Assembly: GCA_963782115.1 (NCBI GenBank)
Contig: CAWAIK010000001.1
Coordinates: 192,001-256,000, forward strand
DNA from: an uncultured Verrucomicrobiae bacterium
GTDB taxonomy: Bacteria > Verrucomicrobiota > Verrucomicrobiia > Chthoniobacterales > JAFAMB01
DNA length: 64,000 nucleotides
Direction of reading: 5' to 3'
Part shown: piece by piece, positions 10,657 to 23,097 of the stretch
Layout of the letters: every line of letters begins with the position of its first letter
Position numbering within the stretch: the stretch's first letter is position 1
The notes under the pieces: model-generated
What the model saw: only the letters and a program-made list of their open reading frames with translations
Databases searched by the model: none
What the model was told of the DNA's origin: nothing
Position numbers and translations under genes: made by a program

Positions 10657-11760
10657 ATGAAAACGCTTCTGCTAACCGCCGTTGTGCCTCTTTTACTCCT
10701 CACCCAACCAGTGAGTATCACCCGGGCCGCAGACACCTACGAGCCTGACTGTTTCAAACCGTATGCCCCCGACACCAAGACGCTCCAGTATCCGGCGAAA
10801 AAACCTCCCTATCGAGTCGCTTTGGCGAATGGATTCGTCGGGAATACCTGGCGCATTGAGATGATTAAATGTCTCCAGGCCTACGCTGAAGACCCGGAGA
10901 TCAAGCCTTTCATCAAGGAACTAAAGATTGTCAGCACGGGAACTGATGTCGCTGCCCAAATCGGGGCGATCGATAATTTCATCAACGCTGGCTATGATGT
11001 CATCCTGATCAACGCGGTCAGCTCGACGGCTTTCAAACCGATTATCGAACGGGCCAAGCGAGCAGGCGTCTTGCTAATTTCCTACGATAATACGATAGAC
11101 AGCGACCAGGTCATCGCGGTGAACGAAGATCAGCACGAGATCGGACGCCTGATGGCGCAGTGGCTCTTAAAAGAAATGGGAACGAAGGGCAACGTTATCG
11201 AGGTACGGGGCGTAGCCGGTAATCCGGTGGATCTGGACCGACACAAGGGTTTGCACGAGTTGTTGGATAAAGAGAAAGACATCAAGGTAGTGGAGGTGGT
11301 CGGGAACTGGGATGATGGTACGGCGCAAAAGGCGGTGGCAGATGCGATTGCGGTCCACGGGAAGTTTGACGGCATGTCTTGCCAGGGTGGTACCACCGGA
11401 GCGGTGCGCGCACTGATCGACGCTAAAAATCCTTTCATTCCAGTCGCGGGCGAAGCGGAAAACGGATTCCGCAAATTGATTGCCGAGCACGCGAAGGATG
11501 GCCTGAAAGGCTGGTCATACGGCCAATCTCCCGCGTTAGTAGCCATTTCATTAAAAGCTGCGATCGCCGCCCTGCAAGGCAACAAGTTGCCACAATATAT
11601 CTCGGCACCGATTCCTTATGTCGACTACACCAATATGAAGCCGGGTGTGGACTATTTCCCAAACCTCTCAGATGACTTTTTCGTCGCCAGCGGCTTCCCG
11701 CAGTGCAACATCACGCTGGATGCCGGTAAGCTCATGAACGCGGCCAAGACAAGCGATTGA
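10657..11760 (+). CDS. Sugar ABC transporter substrate-binding protein (RbsB-like)
   Basis: Signal peptide and Peripla_BP_4-like motifs (NAGYDVILINA, ISYDN, RHKG, GNWD). First gene of a CUT2 operon. Confidence 0.9.
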   Translation: MKTLLLTAVVPLLLLTQPVSITRAADTYEPDCFKPYAPDTKTLQYPAKKPPYRVALANGFVGNTWRIEMIKCLQAYAEDPEIKPFIKELKIVSTGTDVAAQIGAIDNFINAGYDVILINAVSSTAFKPIIERAKRAGVLLISYDNTIDSDQVIAVNEDQHEIGRLMAQWLLKEMGTKGNVIEVRGVAGNPVDLDRHKGLHELLDKEKDIKVVEVVGNWDDGTAQKAVADAIAVHGKFDGMSCQGGTTGAVRALIDAKNPFIPVAGEAENGFRKLIAEHAKDGLKGWSYGQSPALVAISLKAAIAALQGNKLPQYISAPIPYVDYTNMKPGVDYFPNLSDDFFVASGFPQCNITLDAGKLMNAAKTSD

Positions 11761-11818
11761 TCCCCTGATTTTGGGAACAAGCTCCCGATAGCCTGAGTCG
11801 CCACAACCTTCCTGATTG

Positions 11819-14416
11819 ATGTCTGACCCGATACCTCATCCCTTCCTTACATTAGAAGGGGTCACCAAACGGTACGGTGGCGTCACGGCACTCGCGAACG
11901 TTGATTTTGCCTGCGCGCTGGGCACCATTCACGCGGTGGTTGGCGAAAATGGCGCCGGTAAAAGCTCGTTGATGAAGGTTATAGCTGGGGTAATCCGGCC
12001 GGACGAGGGCCGGATCTACCTGGACGAGAAGCTGGTTCATTTCGCTTCACCAGCAGACGCTACCCGGCATGGGATTGCCTGTATTTTTCAGGAGCTTTCG
12101 CTGCTGCCTGATCTCTCGGTCTCGGACAATATCTCAATCGCCAGTCCGCCGAGGCGTTTCGGGTTAATAGATCGACGCCGACAGCGGGAACGCGCCAGGG
12201 ATATTTTGCGCGAGATCGGTTGTCCGGACATCCATCCGTCGGAACGGGTCAAGGATCTCCCTTTGTCGCGTCAACAAATGGTGGAGATTGCCAAGGCATT
12301 GGTTCGGCAACCTCGTCTCATGATCATGGATGAGGCCACGTCCGCCCTGACGGCGAAGGATGTGGAACAGCTCTACAAGGTCATCCGTCAACTCAGAGAT
12401 CGAGGACTCGCGATTCTTTACATCTCCCATCGGATGCACGAGATCGCCGCGGTGGCGGATATTTGTTCGGTCTTCAGGAACGGACGCCACATCGATACCT
12501 TTCCGATGGCGGCCCGAAGCGCGGCCGAAATCGTGCCTCTGATGATCGGCCGCGATGTGAGCCGAGCCTATCCGCCAAAACCGACTTCGAATGGAACTGC
12601 CGGCAGGATTCCCGGAAAGATCCATGTCGAGTCGCCTTCACCGGTCTCCTCTCTCGAGGTGGTAAACCTTAGTTGGGAAAATGTTCTCAATGGGATCTCG
12701 CTCACCGTGGCGAAAGGCGAGATCGTCGGGTTGGGCGGTCTGGACGGTCAAGGACAAAGCGAATTGCTGCTCGCGCTCTTTGGGGTACTTCGCGGGGTCG
12801 GCGGCAAAGTTTTGATCAATGGTCTGCAGCCGTCAATCGGTCACCCCCGGCAGGCCAAAGCGTCTAACGTCCGTATGGCTTTGATTCCCGAAGATCGCAA
12901 AACTCAAGGGCTACTTCTGCCCATGTCGATCCGTGACAATCTGGTCCTTGCGGCGGCGTCCGATTTGAGCAACCACGGAGTGATCGATTCAACGAAGGAA
13001 CGGACCGCGATCGACGTGGCAGTCGAAAAGCTGCAAATCAAAGTGAATGACCTCGCTGCGCCGGTGCGCACCCTGTCTGGAGGGAACCAGCAGAAGGTCG
13101 TGATCGGGAAGTGGCTGATGAAAGAGCCGCGGATCCTGCTTTTGAACGATCCGACGCGTGGCATCGACGTCGGAACAAAACAGGAAATGTATCGCCTGAT
13201 GCGCGAACTTGCCCAGGCGGGAATAGCGATCTTGTTCTATTCGACAGATTACGAGGAGCTCATCGGAATGTGCGACCGGGTCGTGGTTTGTTACGGAGGC
13301 AAACTGATCCGTGAACTGAAGGGCACAGATCTGAACGATCACAATCTCATTACCGCTGCACTCAATCTGAGCGAAGAGTTCGTTAGATCGGGACCGGCGG
13401 GCGCCGCACGTGAAACAGGAAGCGGTCAACAGTCGAAATGGCAAACGTTTCGTCGCTTCTGGCGGTGGAATGTCGGCCCGTTCACCGCCTTCCTGGTGTT
13501 CGCAATGATGTTCCTGCTCTTCTCCGTGAAGCAGCAAAATGGTCTTTCGATCAACGTTCTGACCTCGTTATCGAACAAGGGCGTCGTTCTTGCGCTGGTC
13601 GCAATGGCCCAGACGTTAGTCATTCTGACGGGTGGTTTTGACCTGTCCGCCGGGATGATTCTGACGATGGCGTCCTGCTTAGCCTCGGTAGTGGTCAACG
13701 GTTCCCCCGGTCAGATCGCTTTAGGCGCAATAGCGGTGTTGGTGAGCGGGTTGGCTGCAGGGGCAATCAATGCGACGATCGTTGTCCTCGGCCGGATCCA
13801 GCCGATCATTGCCACGCTGGCGACCGGAGCGATCTATTTCGGGATTGCTCTCTTGCTGCGCCCTAGCCCGGGAGGCGAAGTGAGCGAAGACCTTGGCAAC
13901 GCTCTAACGTACGATCTGGGCGGGATACCCACTACCTTCCTGATCCTGGTCGGCATCCTGGTGTTCGTCTGGTGGCCCTTTCGCAATTCGGTGCTGGGTC
14001 GCAATTGCTATGCAATGGGATCGGCGGAAGGTGCCGCGTACATGTCGGGTTTGGCAATCGGTCGATCCAGATTTGCCGCATACTCTCTGGGAGGATTGTT
14101 GGCGGCTGCCGGTGGTTTGGCACTTTCGCTCATCTCGTTGTCCGGAGAAGCGAGTGCCAGCCAAGGCGGATTCTATACACTGAACTCCATTGCTGCCGTG
14201 GCGATCGGCGGCACATCACTATTTGGCGGCTCGGGAGGGATGATTGGGTCCATTCTCGGTGCTTTCATACTTCGGACAATTAGCGACCTATTATTTGTCT
14301 TCAACGCTCCAGCGCTGTGGCAACCTCTCTTTCAAGGGTTCATTTTGCTGGGCGCAGTCTGTTTGGGCGGATTACGCGTTCTTCGCAGGAAGAATCAGAT
14401 GGACGTCTTTTTATGA
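11819..14416 (+). CDS. Fused sugar ABC ATPase (two NBDs, RbsA-like) and permease (RbsC-like)
   Basis: GENGAGKS, IMDEATS, LSGGNQQKV, DPTRGIDVG, then in frame a BPD_transp_2 permease (GGFDLSAG, IIATLA, AAVAIGGTSLFGG). Confidence 0.9.
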   Translation: MSDPIPHPFLTLEGVTKRYGGVTALANVDFACALGTIHAVVGENGAGKSSLMKVIAGVIRPDEGRIYLDEKLVHFASPADATRHGIACIFQELSLLPDLSVSDNISIASPPRRFGLIDRRRQRERARDILREIGCPDIHPSERVKDLPLSRQQMVEIAKALVRQPRLMIMDEATSALTAKDVEQLYKVIRQLRDRGLAILYISHRMHEIAAVADICSVFRNGRHIDTFPMAARSAAEIVPLMIGRDVSRAYPPKPTSNGTAGRIPGKIHVESPSPVSSLEVVNLSWENVLNGISLTVAKGEIVGLGGLDGQGQSELLLALFGVLRGVGGKVLINGLQPSIGHPRQAKASNVRMALIPEDRKTQGLLLPMSIRDNLVLAAASDLSNHGVIDSTKERTAIDVAVEKLQIKVNDLAAPVRTLSGGNQQKVVIGKWLMKEPRILLLNDPTRGIDVGTKQEMYRLMRELAQAGIAILFYSTDYEELIGMCDRVVVCYGGKLIRELKGTDLNDHNLITAALNLSEEFVRSGPAGAARETGSGQQSKWQTFRRFWRWNVGPFTAFLVFAMMFLLFSVKQQNGLSINVLTSLSNKGVVLALVAMAQTLVILTGGFDLSAGMILTMASCLASVVVNGSPGQIALGAIAVLVSGLAAGAINATIVVLGRIQPIIATLATGAIYFGIALLLRPSPGGEVSEDLGNALTYDLGGIPTTFLILVGILVFVWWPFRNSVLGRNCYAMGSAEGAAYMSGLAIGRSRFAAYSLGGLLAAAGGLALSLISLSGEASASQGGFYTLNSIAAVAIGGTSLFGGSGGMIGSILGAFILRTISDLLFVFNAPALWQPLFQGFILLGAVCLGGLRVLRRKNQMDVFL

Positions 14417-15363
14417 AGCGGATTCTCTCCAAAACAAGCCAACCGATCTTCATCGCGAGCGCCTGTATCCTGGTGATCCTGGCCATTGGCGCGGCGATTA
14501 ACCCCAACTTTGTCTCGCCCAATTACCTGCTTCTGCAACTCGAGGTGGCGTCGTTCCTGGGAATCGTGGCCGCCGGAGCGATGTTGGTGATCTTGCTCGG
14601 TCACATTGATCTTTCGATTCCCTGGACGATCACTCTGGGTGGCATGATGTCGACGGCGGTGGCCCACACACCGGAGACCGCGGGCCTCCTGACGTTGCCG
14701 GTCGGACTTGGATGCGGAGTGCTCGTGGGCCTGATCAACGGGTTCGGTGTGGCTTGGTTGCGGGTGCCGTCGATGATTTTTACTTTGGGAATGAACGCTG
14801 TTATTCAGGGCTTGGTCGTGCTTTACACCGGCGGTTCGGCACCGGCAAGTCACGCGACCAAACTGATGTCAACCATGGCCGTGGAGAGGACGTTTGGTAT
14901 TCCTAATTCCTTGTTCGTGTGGGGCGCCGTGTCGTTGCTGATCGCTTTTCTGCTGCGAGCGACGCAATTCGGCCGTTATATCTACGCCGTCGGCAATCGC
15001 GAACGTGCAGCTTTTCTCTCCGGTGTTCCGACGCGTTTGGTGATTGTAGTCTGTTTTGCGGTGAGTGGTCTTACCGCCGCGTTAGGCGGGATCATGCTCA
15101 CGGGGTATTCGACCAAAGCCTACCAGGGAATGGGCGACGCTTATCTGTTGCCATCCATCGCGGCCATCGTTTTGGGCGGAACAAGTGTATTGGGAGGCAG
15201 CGGCCGTTACATGGGAACAGTCGTCGGCGTCCTTCTCATCGTGCTGCTCCAGAGTATGTTGTCAGTGCTCCAAATGCCAGAAGCTGGACGACAGATCATT
15301 TACGGAGGGGTCCTTCTCAGTATGCTCTTATTGTACGGCCGCGGCGCACGTCTTTCGGAATAG
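14413..15363 (+). CDS. Sugar ABC permease (RbsC-like)
   Basis: GHIDLS, FGRYIYAVG, IAAIVLGGTSVLGG. ATGA overlap with the previous stop. Confidence 0.9.
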   Translation: MKRILSKTSQPIFIASACILVILAIGAAINPNFVSPNYLLLQLEVASFLGIVAAGAMLVILLGHIDLSIPWTITLGGMMSTAVAHTPETAGLLTLPVGLGCGVLVGLINGFGVAWLRVPSMIFTLGMNAVIQGLVVLYTGGSAPASHATKLMSTMAVERTFGIPNSLFVWGAVSLLIAFLLRATQFGRYIYAVGNRERAAFLSGVPTRLVIVVCFAVSGLTAALGGIMLTGYSTKAYQGMGDAYLLPSIAAIVLGGTSVLGGSGRYMGTVVGVLLIVLLQSMLSVLQMPEAGRQIIYGGVLLSMLLLYGRGARLSE

Positions 15364-15443
15364 GTACGCACGTCAGCGTCACTGTTGGTGCGTTTAACTG
15401 GTCAAGTTACCCGCATGCCTCGGCTTCACGGCAAAAAAGCATC

Positions 15444-16085
15444 CTACTTCCCGTCGTGCATACGCGCATGAAGCGCGTCAAAGAGGCGCGAAATGCTCTG
15501 CTTATTGGCAAAATTCATAAGGAAGGGAGGAATACCGCCACCGTCGGTGTAAAGCGTGTAGGTGGCTCTTGTCTGATTGCCAATCGGCTCAAGTAGCCAC
15601 GATCCTTCGTTGGCGGTCACTCGAGTCACACCAGGTCGCGGCGCGGGTCCATCGACATTGGCTAGTTCCCAAGTCGAATGGTAAGTGGTACCGCCATCAG
15701 CGCCCTTTAGTAACTCCTCATGAATTCGAATCGTATAGTCCAGCGATCCAACCAACGGCGGGTTCAGCACCATGTAGCAGAGTTGAGCGTTCTGCGGCAG
15801 CAGATGCGATTCTTTGGTGTAGGGCATGAATTCCGAATATTTTGCGACATCAGCTAAAATTCCTTTAAGGACCGAAATCGGCGCATTGAACTCCCCAATT
15901 CCGCGGACCTCCTCGATCGGTGAGTCCGCTCGATGACGGATATAAATGGCGAGATTGCTATTTTTGCTGACTTCCTGCCATCCGGTTCCGTGCAGATTGC
16001 CGACAACCAGGAGGCTCAAAAGGACGCTGGAGATGAGCGATCGATCGACTAGCGCCAGCACATTTAACCGTCCAAATAATTTCAT
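15444..16085 (-). CDS. START/SRPBCC-domain lipid-binding protein, probably exported
   Basis: Hydrophobic N-terminus, W...N.AIYIR, PPLVGSLDY, GSWLLEP, TDGGGIPPFLMN: a START-like pattern. Confidence 0.75.
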   Translation of the reverse strand: MKLFGRLNVLALVDRSLISSVLLSLLVVGNLHGTGWQEVSKNSNLAIYIRHRADSPIEEVRGIGEFNAPISVLKGILADVAKYSEFMPYTKESHLLPQNAQLCYMVLNPPLVGSLDYTIRIHEELLKGADGGTTYHSTWELANVDGPAPRPGVTRVTANEGSWLLEPIGNQTRATYTLYTDGGGIPPFLMNFANKQSISRLFDALHARMHDGK

Positions 16086-16467
16086 AGATAAATTTGGGGC
16101 ACCGGGAACCTAAGGCTTGTCCAGCGTCCCTAAGATTGCCTTTCGGTTATTTACTCTCGTATTGGAGAGCGTACTTAGACCGAAAGCGAATACGCGATTC
16201 TTCTGAAACGAGCGAGTAACGTTCGTCCGTGTCCATTCGCATTTCCCATACTTTTTCAATAAGCGTTACGGTTCGTTTTGAGTATGGCGGAAAAGGTTGA
16301 CTCTCTTTCACTGCGAGCAGTGCCAGAAAAAATACCGCACGCCAAGCGCTTTTCGTGGTGAACGGAGCCCGGCATTGTAATTACTATATTAAAAATAGAT
16401 TTCATGTATATTATAAACACTAGTGTCTAAAACCATCCGGATTGTCTTCAAACTCTGTCTTAAGCTC

Positions 16468-16983
16468 ATGTTGCCAAAACGCCTGCATAATTTTAGCAAG
16501 ATTGTGGCGCTGTCAGCGCTGTCGTCCTGCCTGCCGGTGACGGCACAGGAAAAGGAGGGCTGGCAATACGACTCACTCGGCTCAAAGTCAGATGCAACCA
16601 AGCCCGATGCGCAACGGGTCTACGAAGTCTTGCTGAATATGCTCGATCGCTGGAATGCCCATGATATCGAAGGGCATTTAGACGCTTACTGGAAGTCTCC
16701 GGAACTGTTGGTTGTCATTGATTCTGAGCAGGTTAACGGCTGGCAGGAACTGCATGATTCCTACGTCAGAGGGTATCCGGATCGTAGCGCGATGGGATTC
16801 ATCGAACCCGGCCGCGTCCAAGTGCGGCTGCTGACGCCCGATCTCGCACTCGCCCTCACCTGGTGGACGATCAATTTCCCGAGTTCCCCACAGAAGGTGG
16901 TGGGAAACACCACGATGAACCTCCAAAAGTTTGCCGACGGCTGGAAGATCGTCGCCTCTCACTCCAGTACCAACGAGATGTGA
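16468..16983 (+). CDS. NTF2/SnoaL-like (YybH/DUF4440-type) protein with signal peptide
   Basis: WNAHDIEGHLDAYW and C-terminal GWKIVASHSS. Confidence 0.8.
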   Translation: MLPKRLHNFSKIVALSALSSCLPVTAQEKEGWQYDSLGSKSDATKPDAQRVYEVLLNMLDRWNAHDIEGHLDAYWKSPELLVVIDSEQVNGWQELHDSYVRGYPDRSAMGFIEPGRVQVRLLTPDLALALTWWTINFPSSPQKVVGNTTMNLQKFADGWKIVASHSSTNEM

Positions 16984-17041
16984 TCCGTCTGCTGCAGACG
17001 GATGATCTCTCGAACGGTAAGCCGCGATTGAGCGGCTATCA

Positions 17042-18753
17042 CTATCCCAATGCCGGTTCTTGGACCGGAAGAGTTGGCATGGTAAACGCCAAGTCGGCCT
17101 GAGGGGGATGGGTCGGCATGGTAAAGGCTAAATCGGCCTGAGGGGGATGGGTCGGCATGGTGAAGGCTAAATCGGCCTGCGGGGGATGGTAAACGCTAAA
17201 TCGGCCTGAGGAGGATGAGTCGGCATGGTGAAGGCTAAGTCGGCCTGCGGGGGATGGGTCGGCATCGTAAAGGCTAAATCGGCCTGAGGGGGATGGGTCG
17301 GCATGGTGAAGGCTAAATCGTCCTGAGGAGGATGGGTAGGCATCGTAAAGGCTAAGTCGGCTTGCGGGGGATGGGTCGGCATGGTGAAGGCTAAGTCGGC
17401 CTGCGGGGGATGGGTCGGCATCGTAAAGGCTAAATCGGCCTGAGGGGGATGGGTAGGCATGGTAAAGGCTAAATCGGCCTGAGGGGGATGGGTCGGCATC
17501 GTAAAGGCTAAATCGTCCTGAGGAGGATGGGTAGGCATCGTAAAGGCCAAGTCGGCCTGCGGGGGATGGGTCGGCATGGTGAAGGCTAAGTCGGCCTGAG
17601 GGGGATGGGTCGGCATGGTGAAGGCTAAATCGGCCTGCGGGGGATGAGCCGGCATCGTAAAGGCCAAGTCGGCCTGCGGGGGATGGGTCGGCATGGTGAA
17701 GGCTAAATCGGCCTGCGGGGGATGAGTCGGCATGGTAAAGGCCAAGTCGGCCTGCGGGGGATGGGTAGGCATGGTGAAGGCTAAACCGGCCTGCGGGGGA
17801 TGAGTCGGCATGGTAAAGGCCAAGTCGGCCTGCGGGGGATGAGTCGGCATCGTAAACGCTAAATCGGCCTGAGGGGGATGAGTCGGCATCGTGAAGGCTA
17901 AGTCGGCCTGCGGGGGATGGGTCGGCATGGTGAAGGCTAAATCGGCCTGCGGGGGATGGGTCGGCATGGTAAAGGCTAAGTCGGCCTGAGGGGGATGGGT
18001 CGGCATGGTGAAGGCTAAGTCGGCCTGAGGGGGATGGGTCGGCATCGTGAAGGCCAAGTCGGCCTGCGGGGGATGGGTCGGCATGGTGAAGGCTAAGTCG
18101 GCCTGAGGGGGATGGGTCGGCATCGTGAAGGCTAAGTCGGCGTGCGGGGGATGGGTCGGCATCGTGAAGGCCAAGTCGGCCTGCGGGGGATGGGTCGGCA
18201 TGGTAAAGGCTAAGTCGGCCTGAGGGGGATGGGTCGGCATGGTGAAGGCTAAGTCGGCCTGAGGGGGATGGGTCGGCATCGTGAAGGCCAAGTCGGCCTG
18301 CGGGGGATGGGTCGGCATGGTGAAGGCTAAGTCGGCCTGAGGGGGATGGGTCGGCATGGTGAAGGCCAAGTCGGCCTGCGGAGGATGGGTCGGCATGGTA
18401 AAGGCTAAATCGGCCTGCGGGGGATGGGTCGGCATGGTGAAGGCTAAATCGGCCTGCGGGGGATGGGTCGGCATGGTGAAGGCTAAGTCGGCCTGAGGGG
18501 GATGGGTCGGCATGGTGAAGGCTAAGTCGGCCTGAGGGGGATGGGTCGGCATCGTGAAGGCTAGCGGACAAGTAGAGTTTTGCCCTGCCGTCCCAGGTTC
18601 CTGGATTTCTCGAAACCATGGATGACCCTTGTCGAAAGCGCACGTTGTCTGATTGTCTACCGGCGTCACAACGAGACTTTGTGCAGCGCGAACGCCGTCG
18701 AAAGCCATGGAAACGCCAAACAGAAATAATAGTAATTTTCTTCGCATGTGCAA
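17042..18753 (-). CDS. Secreted tandem-repeat protein (MPTHPPQADLAFT)n. A 10-bp deletion near 17187 shifts the frame, so as sequenced it ends at 17167
   Basis: Signal-like N-terminus MRRKLLLFLFGVSMAFDGVRA, 35 in-frame units, then one truncated and two more units plus MPTLPVQEPALG in another frame. Unit variation is almost entirely synonymous in this frame. Confidence 0.85.
17078..18564. repeat. 39-bp coding tandem repeat, about 38 copies
   Basis: Plus-strand consensus GGCATGGTGAAGGCTAAGTCGGCCTGAGGGGGATGGGTC repeated head to tail with no spacers. Confidence 0.98.
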
Positions 18754-19105
18754 TAATTACCATAGTTTCCATATAAAGGTAACGTTTTTACGAAGATTCA
18801 CTACGCCTCGTTCCGCACTTTTGTGTTTTCCTATCCGAAAAAACTCCTGTTTTCCACGGTGCGGTACGCGTTGAACGAAAGCAGCAGAGGCAAACCTCGA
18901 GAGGGCAAAGGCCAAAATCTTGAGGCCATCGCAGCTTCGGGTTCGTGATCTTGAACCCGACACGGGTCAGGCTGCCGGTGCCGAAGATCGCCGGCATGAC
19001 TCGCGAGGATTATCAGTCTAACTTCGGCGATCGTGCCGAACGGTTCGACCAGGAGTCCCATTCCGGCCAAGCGTATCGGATTGAACGGGCGTAAGTGTTC
19101 CAGCT

Positions 19106-19315
19106 CTACGATTTAGGTGCAATCGCCAATGCCGTTGATTCGGCCAACTGACGAAACCGTTCGTGGAAATACTCCGCCGAACCCTTCTGATTTTGAACCG
19201 TCAGCTTCCGGCGATCTAACGCAGCTTTAAGTTCAGGTGCTCGGATCGGCTTGCTCAGATAGTCGTCCATCCCGCCGCGAGGCACTTTTCGCGGTCATCC
19301 TGCATTGCATTGGCG
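19106..19315 (-). pseudogene. Orphan C-terminal fragment of a hybrid-kinase receiver domain
   Basis: Translates [34 protein letters not shown] with one frameshift and no N-terminal part. Similar to the end of the 3227..6493 kinase. Confidence 0.8.
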
Positions 19316-19724
19316 TCAAGGCGTCACGAAGCGGGGACCGATCGCAAAGGAGCGCTATGAATTTTCGGCTGTAGTCCGAATAATTCCATCTGTCCCATGA
19401 ATTAAATAATTATCATACTAGCAATAATTTGAAGATGAAGAGCAGCTCCACAAACCCTCACTCGGGACTAGCTGATTTGTCTCCTTCACGGTGGAGACTT
19501 GTGCCGAGCCCTACGTTGAGGTAGCCATGAAAGCAGGTCCGCCTAAACCCGGGATTCGTTCGCAAGAGGACTTTCTAATGGTCCTCCGGGATACCCGATC
19601 CGACATGCGCCAGGCGATTTCCCCGAGTTCATTCTTAATGTACGTGATTATCGGAGGGATATATGGTATTAATATTAAATATGGTACTTCTACATCCGGC
19701 TCCCGGTGCGACCGGTTCTTGCCA

Positions 19725-21869
<2,145 letters not shown>

Positions 21870-21906
21870 CCAGGCCGCAAATATCGTGAATTCGAAAGAC
21901 TCCTTA

Positions 21907-23097
21907 ATGACAGGGCGTAAGCCATCATCGGCCGAGGATCCAAGGCACCCCGTGACTCCTGAATCCGCCTCAGAACTCAATTATCGACGGTTATTCGAAG
22001 CGGCCAAGGATGGCATCCTGATTCTCGACGCTAAGACCGGACGCATCAACGATGTGAATCCTTTCCTCTCTAAACTATTGGGTTTTTCCCGAAGTGAAAT
22101 GGTCGGCAAAACGGTCGGCGAGCTTAGCCCGTTCAAGGACCTCGAGCCAACTCAAGCCATGTTGGAGCGACTACAACAGAGTGGCTATGTACGCTATGAA
22201 GACCTGCCACTGGAAACGCGAGATGCCCGCCAAATTGCCGTGGAGTTTGTCAGCAACGTGTATCGAGCCGGCGACCGCAACTTGATCCAATGCAATATCC
22301 GCGACATCACGGAGCGCAAACGCGTGGAAGCTGAAGTACGCCGTCTTAATGAGACCCTCGAGCAACGCGTCGACGAACGCACGGCGCAACTGCAAATCGC
22401 CAACGAGGAACTGGAAGCGTTCAGCTATTCCGTCTCCCACGATCTGCGTGCGCCGCTGCGCCATGTCATGGGCTTCGTGAAACTGCTGCAACAAGACGCG
22501 GGGCCGTTGCTTTCAGGAAAAAGTCTTCGGCATCTGACAACTATCTTCCAGTCGGCACAGCGGATGGGGGATTTGATCGATGCCCTGCTGGCTTTCTCGC
22601 GCGTCGGGCGTGCGGGATTGCTAAAGACTGACATTGATCTCAACGAGCTAGTCCGGGAGACCTTGGGCGATTTGCCAGCGGAGACAAGAGATCGGAATAT
22701 CATTTGGGAAATCCACCCGCTGCCAGCAGTATGGGCCGACCGTACCTTGCTGCGAATGGTATTGGTCAATCTGATTTCCAACGCGGTGAAGTTTACCGGC
22801 GCTCGCGCTGAAGCCAGAATCGAAATCGGTTTGGCTCCCAAAGGGAACGGCGAACCAGTGATCTTCATTCGCGATAACGGCGCCGGTTTCGATCCGAAGT
22901 ATACCGGGAAACTTTTCGGCGTGTTCCAACGCCTGCACAGTGAGACCGAGTTTGAGGGCACGGGCATCGGGCTGGCTAATGTCCAGCGCATCATTCATCG
23001 CCACGGCGGCCGGGCATGGGCCGAAGGAGTGCTCGACCGCGGCGCGACGTTCTATTTTTCAATCCCAAAACGCAACGGATGCATCAATGGACAGTGA
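21907..23097 (+). CDS. PAS sensor histidine kinase (phytochrome-type HisKA)
   Basis: PAS ([16 protein letters not shown]), [31 protein letters not shown]. Confidence 0.93.
   Translation: MTGRKPSSAEDPRHPVTPESASELNYRRLFEAAKDGILILDAKTGRINDVNPFLSKLLGFSRSEMVGKTVGELSPFKDLEPTQAMLERLQQSGYVRYEDLPLETRDARQIAVEFVSNVYRAGDRNLIQCNIRDITERKRVEAEVRRLNETLEQRVDERTAQLQIANEELEAFSYSVSHDLRAPLRHVMGFVKLLQQDAGPLLSGKSLRHLTTIFQSAQRMGDLIDALLAFSRVGRAGLLKTDIDLNELVRETLGDLPAETRDRNIIWEIHPLPAVWADRTLLRMVLVNLISNAVKFTGARAEARIEIGLAPKGNGEPVIFIRDNGAGFDPKYTGKLFGVFQRLHSETEFEGTGIGLANVQRIIHRHGGRAWAEGVLDRGATFYFSIPKRNGCINGQ

Noticed and set aside
17078..18564. CRISPR array
   Set aside because: The 39-bp units are contiguous with no unique spacers, variation is synonymous in one coding frame, and there are no cas genes.
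17078..18564. Functional G-quadruplex array on the plus strand
   Set aside because: The G runs are explained by Pro codons on the coding strand, and some units break them (GAGGAGG) without changing the peptide.
17042..18772. 576-aa ORF (HHADPSPSGRLSL repeats) as the real protein
   Set aside because: Unit variation is non-synonymous in this frame and it has no signal peptide. It is open only because the unit lacks stops; its last few units belong to the true frame after the deletion.
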